From Pseudomonadota bacterium (GTDB lineage Bacteria > Myxococcota_A > UBA796 > SXON01): DNA of 64,000 bases. Positions within the stretch are counted from its first letter, which is position 1; each line of letters starts with the position of its first letter. Both the position numbers and the translations under genes were made by a program. Below are positions 1-8,777 of this stretch, piece after piece. The DNA lies in contig JAUXQH010000054.1 of NCBI GenBank assembly GCA_030685065.1, forward strand, positions 120,280-184,279, written 5' to 3'. The notes beneath the pieces are model-generated. The model made no database searches. It worked only from the letters and a program-made list of their open reading frames with translations, and was not told the DNA's origin.

Positions 1-1
1 C

Positions 2-133
2 GGAGAGTCCCAACCCCTCAACGATGCCCTGTGTGACTCGGCGTGCGCCGACAGCGTCTGTTACACGGGCGCGTACAACGGGCCTTGGCCCGGCGTGTTC
101 TTCGACGAGTCGTACGTCATCGCCATCCCCTGA
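2..133 (+). CDS. 3' end of an unidentified CDS entering from upstream of the window (...CYTGAYNGPWPGVFFDESYVIAIP*)
   Basis: Frame is open from the window edge to TGA at 131-133, with G/C-dominated third positions. It is absent from the ORF track because it has no start. No family recognised. Confidence 0.4.
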   Translation, partial: GESQPLNDALCDSACADSVCYTGAYNGPWPGVFFDESYVIAIP

Positions 134-182
134 CCGTCCGCTTTCGGACAGTCAGGGGCGCGAATCCGTCACGCCTTCCCCG

Positions 183-398
183 TCAGGCCTTTCGAACTGT
201 CCGCACGGTCACCGCGGGCCCCGTCATCGCGAACCCGAAGCCCTCGTCGGTGTCGCCCTCGACCTCGACGTGGTGGCCCGCGAGCGTGTGGGGCACATCC
301 CCGTACAGCGTGACCTCTCCTTTGTGCGTATGGAGGATCCACACGCCGCCCTCCAGGTCACGCCGTTCGAGCCGCCCCGCGAGCTTGGTGCGTTGCAT
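183..398 (-). CDS. Small DUF5818-like protein (71 aa)
   Basis: Internal Met of track ORF 183..2192: MQRTKLAGRLERRDLEGGVWILHTHKGEVTLYGD...VEVEGDTDEGFGFAMTGPAVTVRTVRK. The GGVW-x-L...Y-x-L...V-x-V-x-G...GFGM-x-GP-x-x-x-V pattern matches what I recall of DUF5818. Its start overlaps the protease stop by 1 nt. Confidence 0.55.
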   Translation of the reverse strand: MQRTKLAGRLERRDLEGGVWILHTHKGEVTLYGDVPHTLAGHHVEVEGDTDEGFGFAMTGPAVTVRTVRKA

Positions 399-2182
399 CA
401 GGCCGCCCGCCGACGCATCTTCTGCATCCCGGCAACCGCCATCCCCGCGAGGAGGCACACGGTGCCGTTGAGGGTGAGCCAGGTGCGATCGAAGCCCATC
501 GGCATCCACCAGAGGTCCGTGCCGCCGGTGGCCGCGCCGTAGAGCAGGTAGCCGCCGATGCCGCCGCAGAGGCCGAGGGCGAGGGGACCGAGCGCCTTGC
601 TCGGCCCGAGGATGACCGCGAGGCCGAGGGGGAGGAGGCAGGACTGCCAGAGCGGGAAGCCCGACCAGAAGGGGCCCGGCCACGAGAGGAAGGGCCGCCC
701 GAGCAGACCGAGCCAGGTGCTCGGCGGCAACGGGAGCAGCGGCAGGAAGAACACGCCACCGGCGATCGTGGCGCCGAACAGCAGCGACACCATCCGCACG
801 CGCCCGGGGAGGCCGCCGAGGAGCCCGAGCCCGAGGGTGAGGAGCGCGCCCACGGCGAAGAGGAGCCCCTGCTTCGCGAGGAGGAGCGCGCGAACCGCGG
901 CGCCGAGGTCGAGGCGACCCGCGCCGAACTTGAGGGGGTCCTCGCGGCCGTCGGCCGTGGTCTTCAGGTAGCGCTCGACCTCGTCGGCGCTCTGGGCGCC
1001 CGCGCCGATGAGGATGGCGGCCGCGCCGGCCACGTGGGGGGTCGCCATCGAGGTGCCCTGGAACTCCGCGAATTGCTGCGTGCCGCCCTTCTGGATGGTG
1101 GCCTGCACGATGCCGCCGCCCGGAACGGTCTTGTCCCCACCCGGGGCCGCGATCTCGACGCCCTTGCCCCACGAGGAGTACGGCGCCAGCGTGTCGTTCG
1201 GGCCGACCGCGGTGACCGCGATGGCCGCGGGCGCGTCCGCCGGGGAGCCGATCCCCTGGCGCCCGGTGTTGCCGGCCGCGGCGACGACCACGACCCCGGC
1301 CTTGCGCGCCTTCTCCACCGCGGTGACGATGATGGACGAGTGGCCGCCGCCGAGCGACAGGTTGATCACGTCCGCGCCCTGGTCGACGGCCTCGTCGATG
1401 GCGGAGGCGATCCACGTGGACATGCCGCCGCCCGAGGCGCCGAGCACCTTCAACGGGAGGATGGTGACGTTGGGTGCGATGCCCGCGGTGCCGACGCCGT
1501 TGTGGGTCGCCTGCGCGATGGTGCCGGCCACGTGGGTGCCGTGCCCGTTGTCGTCCGCCGCGGTCGATGCGCCTGGGACGAAGGAGCGTCCGGGCAGGAT
1601 GCGCTCGGCCGGGAGGTCGGGAAGCGGAGAGACGCCCGTGTCGATCACGGCGACCACCACGCCGGCGCCGCCGCCCACGCGCCAGCCCACGGGGGCGCCG
1701 ATGAGCGCGAAGTTCCACTGCCGCTCGTACATCGGGTCGTTCGGGTAGCCGAAGATGCGCGGGGCGGGATCGGGGGCGGGGCCCGCGGTGGGCCCCGCGG
1801 CCAGGGCGACCTCCGGGATGTCCTCGAACGCCGTCATCTCCAGGACGGGCTCGGCGGCCTCGACGTTGGGGTCCGCCAGGAACACCGCGAGCGCGGCGGC
1901 GGGGTCGGCGGCGTCCGCCACGAAGAGCGCCTCGTCCTCCGACACGGACGTGGCGAAGGAGAGCTTCACCCCCGCACGATCGGCGGCCGCGCGCACCAGG
2001 GCGAGGTCCACCCCATCGACGAAGTCGACCGCGATCTGCGCGGGGGAGGAGCCGGCCTCCGCGGGCACCATGTCCCCAGACTGGGGAGCGGGTGCGCCCG
2101 ACGGCGCCACGAGCAGGAGCGCGACGGCGCTCGAGAGCACGGCGAGGGGGAGGAAGCGGGAGTTCGAGGTGGAACTGGGCAT
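398..2182 (-). CDS. Subtilisin-like S8 serine peptidase with signal peptide and a C-terminal polytopic membrane region
   Basis: Catalytic triad motifs are present: VAVIDTGV (Asp), HGTHVAGTIA (His) and GTSMATPHVAGAAA (Ser). The last ~170 aa form several hydrophobic helices (LLFAVGALLTLGLGLLGG..., LLPLGLAVILGP..., TVCLLAGMAVAG). Confidence 0.9.
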   Translation of the reverse strand: MPSSTSNSRFLPLAVLSSAVALLLVAPSGAPAPQSGDMVPAEAGSSPAQIAVDFVDGVDLALVRAAADRAGVKLSFATSVSEDEALFVADAADPAAALAVFLADPNVEAAEPVLEMTAFEDIPEVALAAGPTAGPAPDPAPRIFGYPNDPMYERQWNFALIGAPVGWRVGGGAGVVVAVIDTGVSPLPDLPAERILPGRSFVPGASTAADDNGHGTHVAGTIAQATHNGVGTAGIAPNVTILPLKVLGASGGGMSTWIASAIDEAVDQGADVINLSLGGGHSSIIVTAVEKARKAGVVVVAAAGNTGRQGIGSPADAPAAIAVTAVGPNDTLAPYSSWGKGVEIAAPGGDKTVPGGGIVQATIQKGGTQQFAEFQGTSMATPHVAGAAAILIGAGAQSADEVERYLKTTADGREDPLKFGAGRLDLGAAVRALLLAKQGLLFAVGALLTLGLGLLGGLPGRVRMVSLLFGATIAGGVFFLPLLPLPPSTWLGLLGRPFLSWPGPFWSGFPLWQSCLLPLGLAVILGPSKALGPLALGLCGGIGGYLLYGAATGGTDLWWMPMGFDRTWLTLNGTVCLLAGMAVAGMQKMRRRAA

Positions 2183-2204
2183 GCGGCCTCAACGCCTCAC
2201 ATGC

Positions 2205-3308
2205 TCACCCTATTACACCCCGTTCGCGAAGTCGGCCGATTTCATCGGCCTGCAGCCCGGCTTCCCGCAGCACTTCGTCCGTGTGTTCGCCGAGCCGCGG
2301 GGGTGGACGCAGCGCCACGGCCGCGAGGGGAGGTGCGGGAAAGGACCACGATCCCGCCGTGATCCGCTCGGCGAGGGGGTGATCGAGGGACTCCTGCACG
2401 GAGAGCGCGGCCCCGCATGGCACGCCCGCGGCCGCCAGTCGCGCCTCCCAGGCCGAGGTCGCGCCCGCTTCGAGCACCGCGTGGATCGCGACGTCGAGCC
2501 GCTCGCGATCGGCGACACGGCCGGCGATCGTCGCCCATTCGGCGTGGGCGGGGAGGGCGAGGACCCCACGCAGCTTCTCCCACAGCGGGTCGTTCGCGCA
2601 GCAGATCGCCAGCCACCCGTCCGCGCACCGGTACAGGTTGTACGGGGCGATCGACGGGTGCCGGTTGGACGGCGGCGGCGGTGCCTGGCCCGCGTTGAGC
2701 CAGGCTGAGGCGTAGTAGGCGAGCAGGTGGTGGGCCACGTCGATCATCCGGATGTCGACCCGTTTGCCGCGCCCGGTTCGCCCGCGCTCCAACAGGGCGA
2801 ACAGCACCGCTTGCACCGCCACCTGCGCGCTCGCGAGGTCGGCGATGCTCGGACCGGCCTTCTGCGGAGGGTCCCCCGTGAGCGCGGCGATGCCGCCCAC
2901 GCTCTGCACCACGAGGTCGTAGCCGGCGCGATCCGCCCAGGGCCCGGCGCCGAACGCGCTGATCCCGACGTACACGAGCCCGGGGTTGTCGGCAGCGAGC
3001 GTGTCGTAGGAGAGGCCGAGCCGATCCATCACCCCGGGGCGGAAGTTCTCCATCACCACGTCCGCGCGGGCCGCGAGGCGTCGGGCGAGCGCGATGCCGT
3101 CGGGGTGCTTCAGATCGAGCACCACGCTGCGCTTGTTACGGTTGGTGCAGGCGAAGTAGACGCTCTCGCCCTGCCGCAGCGGGAGGAAGGCCCGGGTTTC
3201 GTCGCCCGCGAGCGACTCCACCTTGACCACGTCGAAGCCCTGATCGCCGAGGACCTGGGTGGCCCACGGACCGGCGAGGACACGGGTGAAGTCGAGGACG
3301 CGGTACAT
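2205..3308 (-). CDS. Family III CoA-transferase (CaiB/BaiF family)
   Basis: MYRVLDFTRVLAGPWATQVLGDQGFDVVKVE...GDETR is a typical CaiB/BaiF N-terminus. Start set at the internal ATG (CAT at 3306-3308); the upstream 115 aa of track ORF 2205..3653 are Arg/Pro junk. Confidence 0.9.
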   Translation of the reverse strand: MYRVLDFTRVLAGPWATQVLGDQGFDVVKVESLAGDETRAFLPLRQGESVYFACTNRNKRSVVLDLKHPDGIALARRLAARADVVMENFRPGVMDRLGLSYDTLAADNPGLVYVGISAFGAGPWADRAGYDLVVQSVGGIAALTGDPPQKAGPSIADLASAQVAVQAVLFALLERGRTGRGKRVDIRMIDVAHHLLAYYASAWLNAGQAPPPPSNRHPSIAPYNLYRCADGWLAICCANDPLWEKLRGVLALPAHAEWATIAGRVADRERLDVAIHAVLEAGATSAWEARLAAAGVPCGAALSVQESLDHPLAERITAGSWSFPAPPLAAVALRPPPRLGEHTDEVLREAGLQADEIGRLRERGVIG

Positions 3309-3319
3309 CGGCGGCGGCG

Positions 3320-3679
3320 CTACGGGCAGGTGACCTGGGCGTCGGCGGGGAGCTCGCGGTTGAGCGCCTTGAGCTTGTCCTCCAGATCGACCACGCGCTG
3401 GCACTCGGTCCGGGTTGTCGGCTCCTCGAAGAAGTCCTTCGCCTTCTTGGCCGCGAAGTTGGGGTGGGCACCACGGCCGAGCGCGATGCACTTCTTCTCG
3501 AATTGGGTGCGGTCGATCCCGGTGACGGCGTCCCCCAGGAGGCCTGTCCGGGCCCCCTCGGCAACGGCGCTCCCGCCGTACCGCGCGTACAGCCCATCGA
3601 GGGCCTCGCGGCGGTCGCGACATACGTTGGTGGCCTGGTTGCCCGGGTCGCACGCGAGGAGGAGGAGGAGGGTGAACAT
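3320..3679 (-). CDS. Hypothetical lipoprotein (119 aa)
   Basis: Lipobox leader MFTLLLLLAC followed by a normal-composition protein. No family recognised. Confidence 0.65.
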   Translation of the reverse strand: MFTLLLLLACDPGNQATNVCRDRREALDGLYARYGGSAVAEGARTGLLGDAVTGIDRTQFEKKCIALGRGAHPNFAAKKAKDFFEEPTTRTECQRVVDLEDKLKALNRELPADAQVTCP

Positions 3680-3745
3680 CCCGGATGGGTAACCGGGTGG
3701 GGGCGCTCGGCGTGCCTATGCTCCTCGCCTGTGGAGCTGTGGTCG

Positions 3746-4099
3746 ATGCGCTTGCCGGAAGATGTCGCCTGTTTTGTCGAGCTCTCGAACGTGTCGGTGG
3801 TCCCGGAGGCCGTCTCGGACGCGCTGTCCGCCTACATTCGCGAGGGGGAGGGGACCGTGGCGTGCGCCTCGTCCCAGACGCCGAGCGCCGCGTGGACGGT
3901 GTCGATCACCGGAGGAATTCGTCCGAGCCCGCTTCGCTTGGGGGTTGCCGTGTTCGTGCGTGGGATCCACCGTGTCACCGGAGACCCGTTCTCCGTACCG
4001 GCCCGGCTCCTGTGCACGTCGACCGGGAGGGTCGCCCGCTTCGCCGTTCCGTTCGTGCGGGCCGACAGGGGGGACCGTCCGCCGCTTCTCCGCTGGTAG
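3746..4099 (+). CDS. Hypothetical protein (117 aa), previously unlisted internal start of track ORF 3464..4099
   Basis: From ATG at 3746 roughly 85 percent of third positions are G/C by my count, and composition is non-junk (MRLPEDVACFVELSNVSVVPEAVSDALSAYIREGEG...). No homology recognised. Confidence 0.4.
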   Translation: MRLPEDVACFVELSNVSVVPEAVSDALSAYIREGEGTVACASSQTPSAAWTVSITGGIRPSPLRLGVAVFVRGIHRVTGDPFSVPARLLCTSTGRVARFAVPFVRADRGDRPPLLRW

Positions 4100-4114
4100 G
4101 CGCGGGGGCCGCCA

Positions 4115-4148
4115 CGGCGCGCAGGCACACCCGCGGCGCGCAGGCACA
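4115..4148. repeat. 15-nt direct repeat cggcgcgcaggcaca x2 (4115-4129 and 4134-4148), 16 nt upstream of the mccB start
   Basis: Read directly from the sequence. Both copies are perfect and separated by 4 nt. Confidence 0.9.
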
Positions 4149-4163
4149 AGTTAGATCTCCCCA

Positions 4164-5777
4164 ATGCAGGTTCTCCCCACCGAAGTCGACCCCGCGTCGC
4201 CCGAGTTCGCCGCGAACCGTATCCACCAGGAGGCGCTGCTCGTGCGCCTCGCCGAGGAGCTCCGCGTCGCGCGGGACGATCGATCCGCACGCGCGCTCGC
4301 CCGCCACCGCGAGCAGGGCAAGCTCACCGCGGCCGAGCGCGTCGAGCAGCTGCTCGATCCGAACACGCCGTTCCTCGAGATCGGGGCGCTCGCGGCCCGG
4401 GGGATGTACGACGGGGGGGTTCACAAGGCGGGGAGCCTCGCGGGGATCGGTGTCATCAGCGGGCGTGAGTGTGTCATCAACGCAAACGACGCGATGGTGA
4501 AGGGAGGCACGATCTATCCGCTGGGCGTGAAGAAGGGGCTGCGCCTCCAGGCCATCGCCATGGAGAACAACCTGCCATTCGTGTCGCTGATCGACTCGGG
4601 CGGTGCGTTCCTTCCGCTGCAGAGCGAGGTGTTCCCCGACCTCGACGATGGCGGCCGCATCTTCTACAACCAGGCGGTGATGTCGAAGCTCGGCATCCCG
4701 CAGATCAGCGCGGTGATGGGCCTGTGCACGGCGGGCGCGGCGTACATCCCCGCGATGAGCGACGAGGTCGTGCACGTGACCGGCACCGGCGCCATCTTCC
4801 TCGGCGGGCCCCCGCTGGTGAAGGCCGCGACGGGTGAAGATGTCACGGCCGAGGAGCTCGGCGGTGCCGACATGCACTGTGGGGTCTCGGGTGTCAGCGA
4901 CCATTGGGCGAAGGACGACGCCGACGCGATCGCGCACCTCCGCGCCATCGTCGCGCGCCTCCCCCCTCCCGATCGCGCCTTGGTGGCCACCCGGCCGCCG
5001 CGCCCCCCCCTCTACGACCCCGCCGAATTGCTCGGCATCGTGCCCCCCGATCTGTCCACCCCCTGGGATATCCGCGAGCTCATCGCGCGTGTCACGGACG
5101 GGAGCGAGTTCGAGCCGTTCAAGGAGCGCTTCGGGCCCACGCTCGTGTGTGGGTGGGCGTATGTGCACGGCTACCAGGTCGGCATCCTCGCGAACAACGG
5201 CGTGTTGTTCTCCGAGTGTGCGCAGAAGGCCACCCAATTCATCCAGCTCTGTGACAAGCGCGGAATCCCGCTCCTGTTCCTCCAGAACATCGCCGGGTTC
5301 ATCATCGGCCGCGACTACGAGCGCGGGGGGATCACCAAGCACGGCCACCAGATGGTCAACGCGGTGTCGACCTGCTCGGTGCCCAAGATCACCGTCATCG
5401 TGGGGGGTAGCTTCGGGGCCGGTAATTATGCGATGTGCGGCCGGGCGTATTCGCCGCGCTTCTTGTGGATGTGGCCGGGCGCGCAGATCGGCGTCATGGG
5501 GGGAGCCCAGGCCGCGTCGGTGCTGGTGAGCGTCCAGAACGCCCAGCGCGCGCGCGAGGGCCAGCCGCTCATCACCGCGGAAGAGGCCGAGATGATCAAG
5601 GGCCCGATGGAGGAGGCGTCACGGAGGGAGGGGGACGCCTGGTATTCCACCGCCAACCTCTGGGATGACGGGGTCATCGACCCCACCAGGACGCGGGACG
5701 TGATCGGGCTCTCGCTCGCCGCCACGCGCAACACGCCGTGGAAGAACCCGGTGGGGTATGGGACGTTTCGGATGTGA
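4164..5777 (+). CDS. mccB: Acyl-CoA carboxylase carboxyltransferase (beta) subunit, 3-methylcrotonyl-CoA carboxylase-like
   Basis: 537 aa, with the hallmark carboxyltransferase layout: N-terminal EALLVRLAEEL...REQGKLTAAERVEQLLDPNTPFLEIG, then MVKGGTIYP, AVMGLCTAGAAYIPAMSDE and GGSFGAGNYAMCGRAY. Confidence 0.92.
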   Translation: MQVLPTEVDPASPEFAANRIHQEALLVRLAEELRVARDDRSARALARHREQGKLTAAERVEQLLDPNTPFLEIGALAARGMYDGGVHKAGSLAGIGVISGRECVINANDAMVKGGTIYPLGVKKGLRLQAIAMENNLPFVSLIDSGGAFLPLQSEVFPDLDDGGRIFYNQAVMSKLGIPQISAVMGLCTAGAAYIPAMSDEVVHVTGTGAIFLGGPPLVKAATGEDVTAEELGGADMHCGVSGVSDHWAKDDADAIAHLRAIVARLPPPDRALVATRPPRPPLYDPAELLGIVPPDLSTPWDIRELIARVTDGSEFEPFKERFGPTLVCGWAYVHGYQVGILANNGVLFSECAQKATQFIQLCDKRGIPLLFLQNIAGFIIGRDYERGGITKHGHQMVNAVSTCSVPKITVIVGGSFGAGNYAMCGRAYSPRFLWMWPGAQIGVMGGAQAASVLVSVQNAQRAREGQPLITAEEAEMIKGPMEEASRREGDAWYSTANLWDDGVIDPTRTRDVIGLSLAATRNTPWKNPVGYGTFRM

Positions 5778-5811
5778 GTGGGCGGATGTGAGCGGGTGGA
5801 TGTGAGTGGGC
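5770..5811. repeat. 14-nt tandem repeat x3 (ggatgtgagtgggc / ggatgtgagcgggt / ggatgtgagtgggc) spanning the mccB stop codon
   Basis: Read directly. The TGA at 5775-5777 lies in copy 1. The repeats fill the 36-nt gap to the convergent gene ending at 5814. Confidence 0.9.
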
Positions 5812-5813
5812 TG

Positions 5814-6380
5814 CTACTCGGACCGGGGCCCGTAGATGTGGCAGGTTTCGGCGACGCCCAACGCGACATCGGCGGCCTGGTTCTCCACCTGGCTGAAGCG
5901 GTCGAGGTCGGTGGGGAGCGCCTCGGAGAGCGCCCAGAGCCGCCAGCGATACACATGGGGTTCTGGGGGGCACGAACCGAGGTAACCGGTGAACCCGGAG
6001 CCGTTCTCGAGCTCGTAGGCCCCGGTGGGGAGGCCGCCGCCGAGGCCGCGCCCCGACACTCCCGCCTCGAGGCCGGTCGCGTCCGTGGGGAGGTTTACGA
6101 CCGCCCAGTGGTCGAACTCCCCGGCGTCCGGATCGTCGAAGACCAACGCGAACGCGACGGTGCCTTCGGGAGGGTTCTCCCAGCGCACCTCGGGGCTGGG
6201 ATTCTCGCACTCGTAGGAGACATCGAGCTTCCAGGCGCACCGGCCAACCAGGGGGTCGTCCGTGGAGGAGGTGGCGGCGGGGATCGACACCGCGAGCTCG
6301 CCGGGGGCGGGAACGTCGGTGTCCCTGTAGGAGCCAGAGTCGTCAGGCGTGGACGTGCAGGCGGTGAGGAGGAGCAGCAT
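5814..6380 (-). CDS. PEBP / YbhB-YbcL family (Raf-kinase-inhibitor-like) lipoprotein
   Basis: Leader is MLLLLTAC. PEBP motifs are present: FALVFDDPDAGEFDHWAVVNLP and GYLGSCPPEPHVYRWRLWAL. Confidence 0.85.
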   Translation of the reverse strand: MLLLLTACTSTPDDSGSYRDTDVPAPGELAVSIPAATSSTDDPLVGRCAWKLDVSYECENPSPEVRWENPPEGTVAFALVFDDPDAGEFDHWAVVNLPTDATGLEAGVSGRGLGGGLPTGAYELENGSGFTGYLGSCPPEPHVYRWRLWALSEALPTDLDRFSQVENQAADVALGVAETCHIYGPRSE

Positions 6381-6401
6381 GAGCAGGGTCTAATCGGGCC
6401 G

Positions 6402-6869
6402 CTACTCGAGCGTGAGCGCCGCGGCCCCGGCGGACTCGATGTCCACGAACCACGCCGTGTCTCCCGCGGGGCCCGAGACGTGGATGAACAGCGAGCCGCC
6501 GACGAAGGGGGTGAGATCGAAGGAGCCCGCGGTGGTCACGGCGTCGTGCGCTGCGTCGTAGCTCCAGAACTCCTGCACATCGCCCTGGGTGAGCGCGGCG
6601 GCGCAGGCCAGCGCCTTCATCTCGGCGGCGCTCCCCACCAACACCATCGTGTCGGCGCGGTCGAGCGGCATCTTGGCGCTCCAATCCACCGTGATCGGGC
6701 CCGCGGCGACGGCCCCGAGCATCGTCGCGTCGCAAGAGGCCTCGTCCCGTTCGGCGGTATCGGCGTCCGCACCGGTGTCGGGGGAGCCGGTGTCGGCGGC
6801 CTCGGCGTCTGCGGCGGCCGTGTCGGAAGGACTGGGTGCGGCACACGCGAGCAGGGGGAGAAGGAACAC
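6402..6869 (-). CDS. Hypothetical lipoprotein (155 aa)
   Basis: Leader MFLLPLLAC plus an acidic D/T/A linker. Lies 21 nt upstream of the PEBP gene on the same strand. Confidence 0.65.
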   Translation of the reverse strand: MFLLPLLACAAPSPSDTAAADAEAADTGSPDTGADADTAERDEASCDATMLGAVAAGPITVDWSAKMPLDRADTMVLVGSAAEMKALACAAALTQGDVQEFWSYDAAHDAVTTAGSFDLTPFVGGSLFIHVSGPAGDTAWFVDIESAGAAALTLE

Positions 6870-6933
6870 GAGAACCTCCGGCGGGGACCCAGGATACCGC
6901 AGGTCGTTCCCCGCGGGCGGTTATCTTCGCCCG

Positions 6934-8385
6934 ATGCCGATCCATCGCCTCCTCATCGCCAACCGGGGCGAAATCGCGATCCGCGTCGCCCGGACGGCCC
7001 GCGAGATGGGGATCGCCACGGTCGCCGTGTATTCGGACGCGGATGTGGACGCGCCGCACGTCCGCGCCTGCGACGACGCCGTGCGGCTCGGGCCCGCGCC
7101 GCCTTCGGAGAGCTATCTCTCGATCGACCGCCTGCTCGAAGCGGCCCGAACGTCGGGCGCAGACGCCGTGCACCCGGGCTACGGCTTTCTCGCGGAGAAC
7201 GCGGCCTTCGCGCGGGCGGTGCTCGAGGCGGGTCTCGTGTGGGTGGGCCCCGCGCCCGATGTCATCTCGGTCATGGGCGACAAGGTGGGCGCGCGCCTGC
7301 GCATGCGGCTGGCCGGCGTCCCGGTCGTCACCGGCGTGGAATCCGACGACCCCCACACCATCGCCGCCCTCGGGTTCCCCGTGCTCGTGAAGGCGGTGGG
7401 CGGCGGCGGCGGGAAGGGGATGCGGCGGGTCGATTCGGCGGACGCGCTCGGTGAGGCGCTGGCCGAGGCGCGATCCGAAGCGGCCACGGCGTTCGGAGAC
7501 CCGCGCGTGTACGCCGAGAAGCTCGTCGAGCGGCCGCGCCACGTCGAGGTGCAGGTGCTCGGGGACCTGTACGGCACCATCGCGCACCTCGGCGAGCGCG
7601 AGTGTTCGATCCAGCGGCGCCACCAGAAGCTCGTGGAAGAGGCGCCGTCGCCCGCGTTGGACGCCGCCACTCGTGCTCGGCTGTGCGCCACCGCGGTCGA
7701 CGCCGCCCGTGCCGTCGCCTACACGGGCGCGGGCACGGTGGAGTTCCTCCTCGATGGGGACGGCCGTTTCTATTTCCTCGAGATGAACACGCGCATCCAG
7801 GTCGAGCACCCGGTCACCGAGCTCGTGACGGGCGTCGACATCGTGCGGGAGCAGCTTCGCATCGCGATGGGCGAGCCGCTCGGCTACGTCGCGATCGAGG
7901 CGCGTGGGCACGCGATCGAGTGCCGCATCGTCGCGGAGGACCCCGCGCGTGGATTCCTGCCCTCGCCCGGACGCATCGCGCGGTGGCGATCCCCGGTCGG
8001 GCCGGGCGTGCGGGTTGACGCCGGGGTCGAGGAGGGATCTGAGGTGGGGCTCTTCTACGATCCGCTCCTCGCCAAGGTCATCGTGCACGGGCCGGATCGC
8101 GCCGCGGCCACCGCGCGCATGGCGCGGGCGCTCTCGGAGCTGGTGGTGCTCGGGGTGGACACCACCGCGGAGCTGCTTCGGGACGTCGTGTCCTCGGAGA
8201 TGTTCGCAGCGGGGGACACCACGACCGACTTTCTCGAGCGCTTCGCTTGGGAGCCTCCCGAGGTCGACGCTGTCGCCTATGCCGTCGCGTGGGAGAACGC
8301 GCGGCAGGGCCCGACGCTCAGCGGCAGCGGAACAGGTCGTGTCACGGAGGCCTCGCCGTGGGCCACGCTCGGGAGGTGGCGGTGA
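6934..8385 (+). CDS. mccA: Biotin carboxylase (alpha-subunit BC domain and start of the BT domain) of the acyl-CoA carboxylase
   Basis: MPIHRLLIANRGEIAIRVARTAREMGIATVAVYSDAD..., KAVGGGGGKGMR, EMNTRIQVEHPVTE. Start at ATG 6934; the upstream part of track ORF 6589..8385 is antisense to the lipoprotein gene. Confidence 0.92.
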   Translation: MPIHRLLIANRGEIAIRVARTAREMGIATVAVYSDADVDAPHVRACDDAVRLGPAPPSESYLSIDRLLEAARTSGADAVHPGYGFLAENAAFARAVLEAGLVWVGPAPDVISVMGDKVGARLRMRLAGVPVVTGVESDDPHTIAALGFPVLVKAVGGGGGKGMRRVDSADALGEALAEARSEAATAFGDPRVYAEKLVERPRHVEVQVLGDLYGTIAHLGERECSIQRRHQKLVEEAPSPALDAATRARLCATAVDAARAVAYTGAGTVEFLLDGDGRFYFLEMNTRIQVEHPVTELVTGVDIVREQLRIAMGEPLGYVAIEARGHAIECRIVAEDPARGFLPSPGRIARWRSPVGPGVRVDAGVEEGSEVGLFYDPLLAKVIVHGPDRAAATARMARALSELVVLGVDTTAELLRDVVSSEMFAAGDTTTDFLERFAWEPPEVDAVAYAVAWENARQGPTLSGSGTGRVTEASPWATLGRWR

Positions 8386-8777
8386 AGGTGCAAGTGGGGA
8401 CCCAAGTGGTCGATACGGCAGCCCCGGGATCGACCGGCGGAACGGCGCGCCCGGGGGCGGGCGGGGGCGCGGCGTTCGTAGCGGGGGACCAGGTCTGGAT
8501 CGACGGGCGGGTGCGCCGCGTGAAGCTCCTCGTGGGGAGGGGCGCCGCGGCTCCGCTCCCCGACAAGGTGACCCCGCCGATGCCCGCCACGGTGGTGAAG
8601 GTCCTCGTGACGGTGGGCGACATCGTCACCCTCGGCCAGAAGCTGGTCACCGTCGCCGCGATGAAGATGGAGACAGCCCTGCGCTCCCCACGCGCGGGCG
8701 TCGTGACCGCGGTGCGCGCGGTGCCGGGGCAACAGGTGCGGCCGGGCGACGAACTGGTGGTGGTGGAGGCGTCATGA
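8382..8777 (+). CDS. Biotin carboxyl carrier (biotinyl/lipoyl-attachment) domain protein, separate reading frame
   Basis: GTG at 8382 overlaps the TGA of the BC gene (GTGA). The C-terminus carries the biotinylation motif VTVAAMKMETAL and the BCCP fold pattern PMPATVVKVLV..GD.V..GQ.L. Confidence 0.8.
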   Translation: MKVQVGTQVVDTAAPGSTGGTARPGAGGGAAFVAGDQVWIDGRVRRVKLLVGRGAAAPLPDKVTPPMPATVVKVLVTVGDIVTLGQKLVTVAAMKMETALRSPRAGVVTAVRAVPGQQVRPGDELVVVEAS

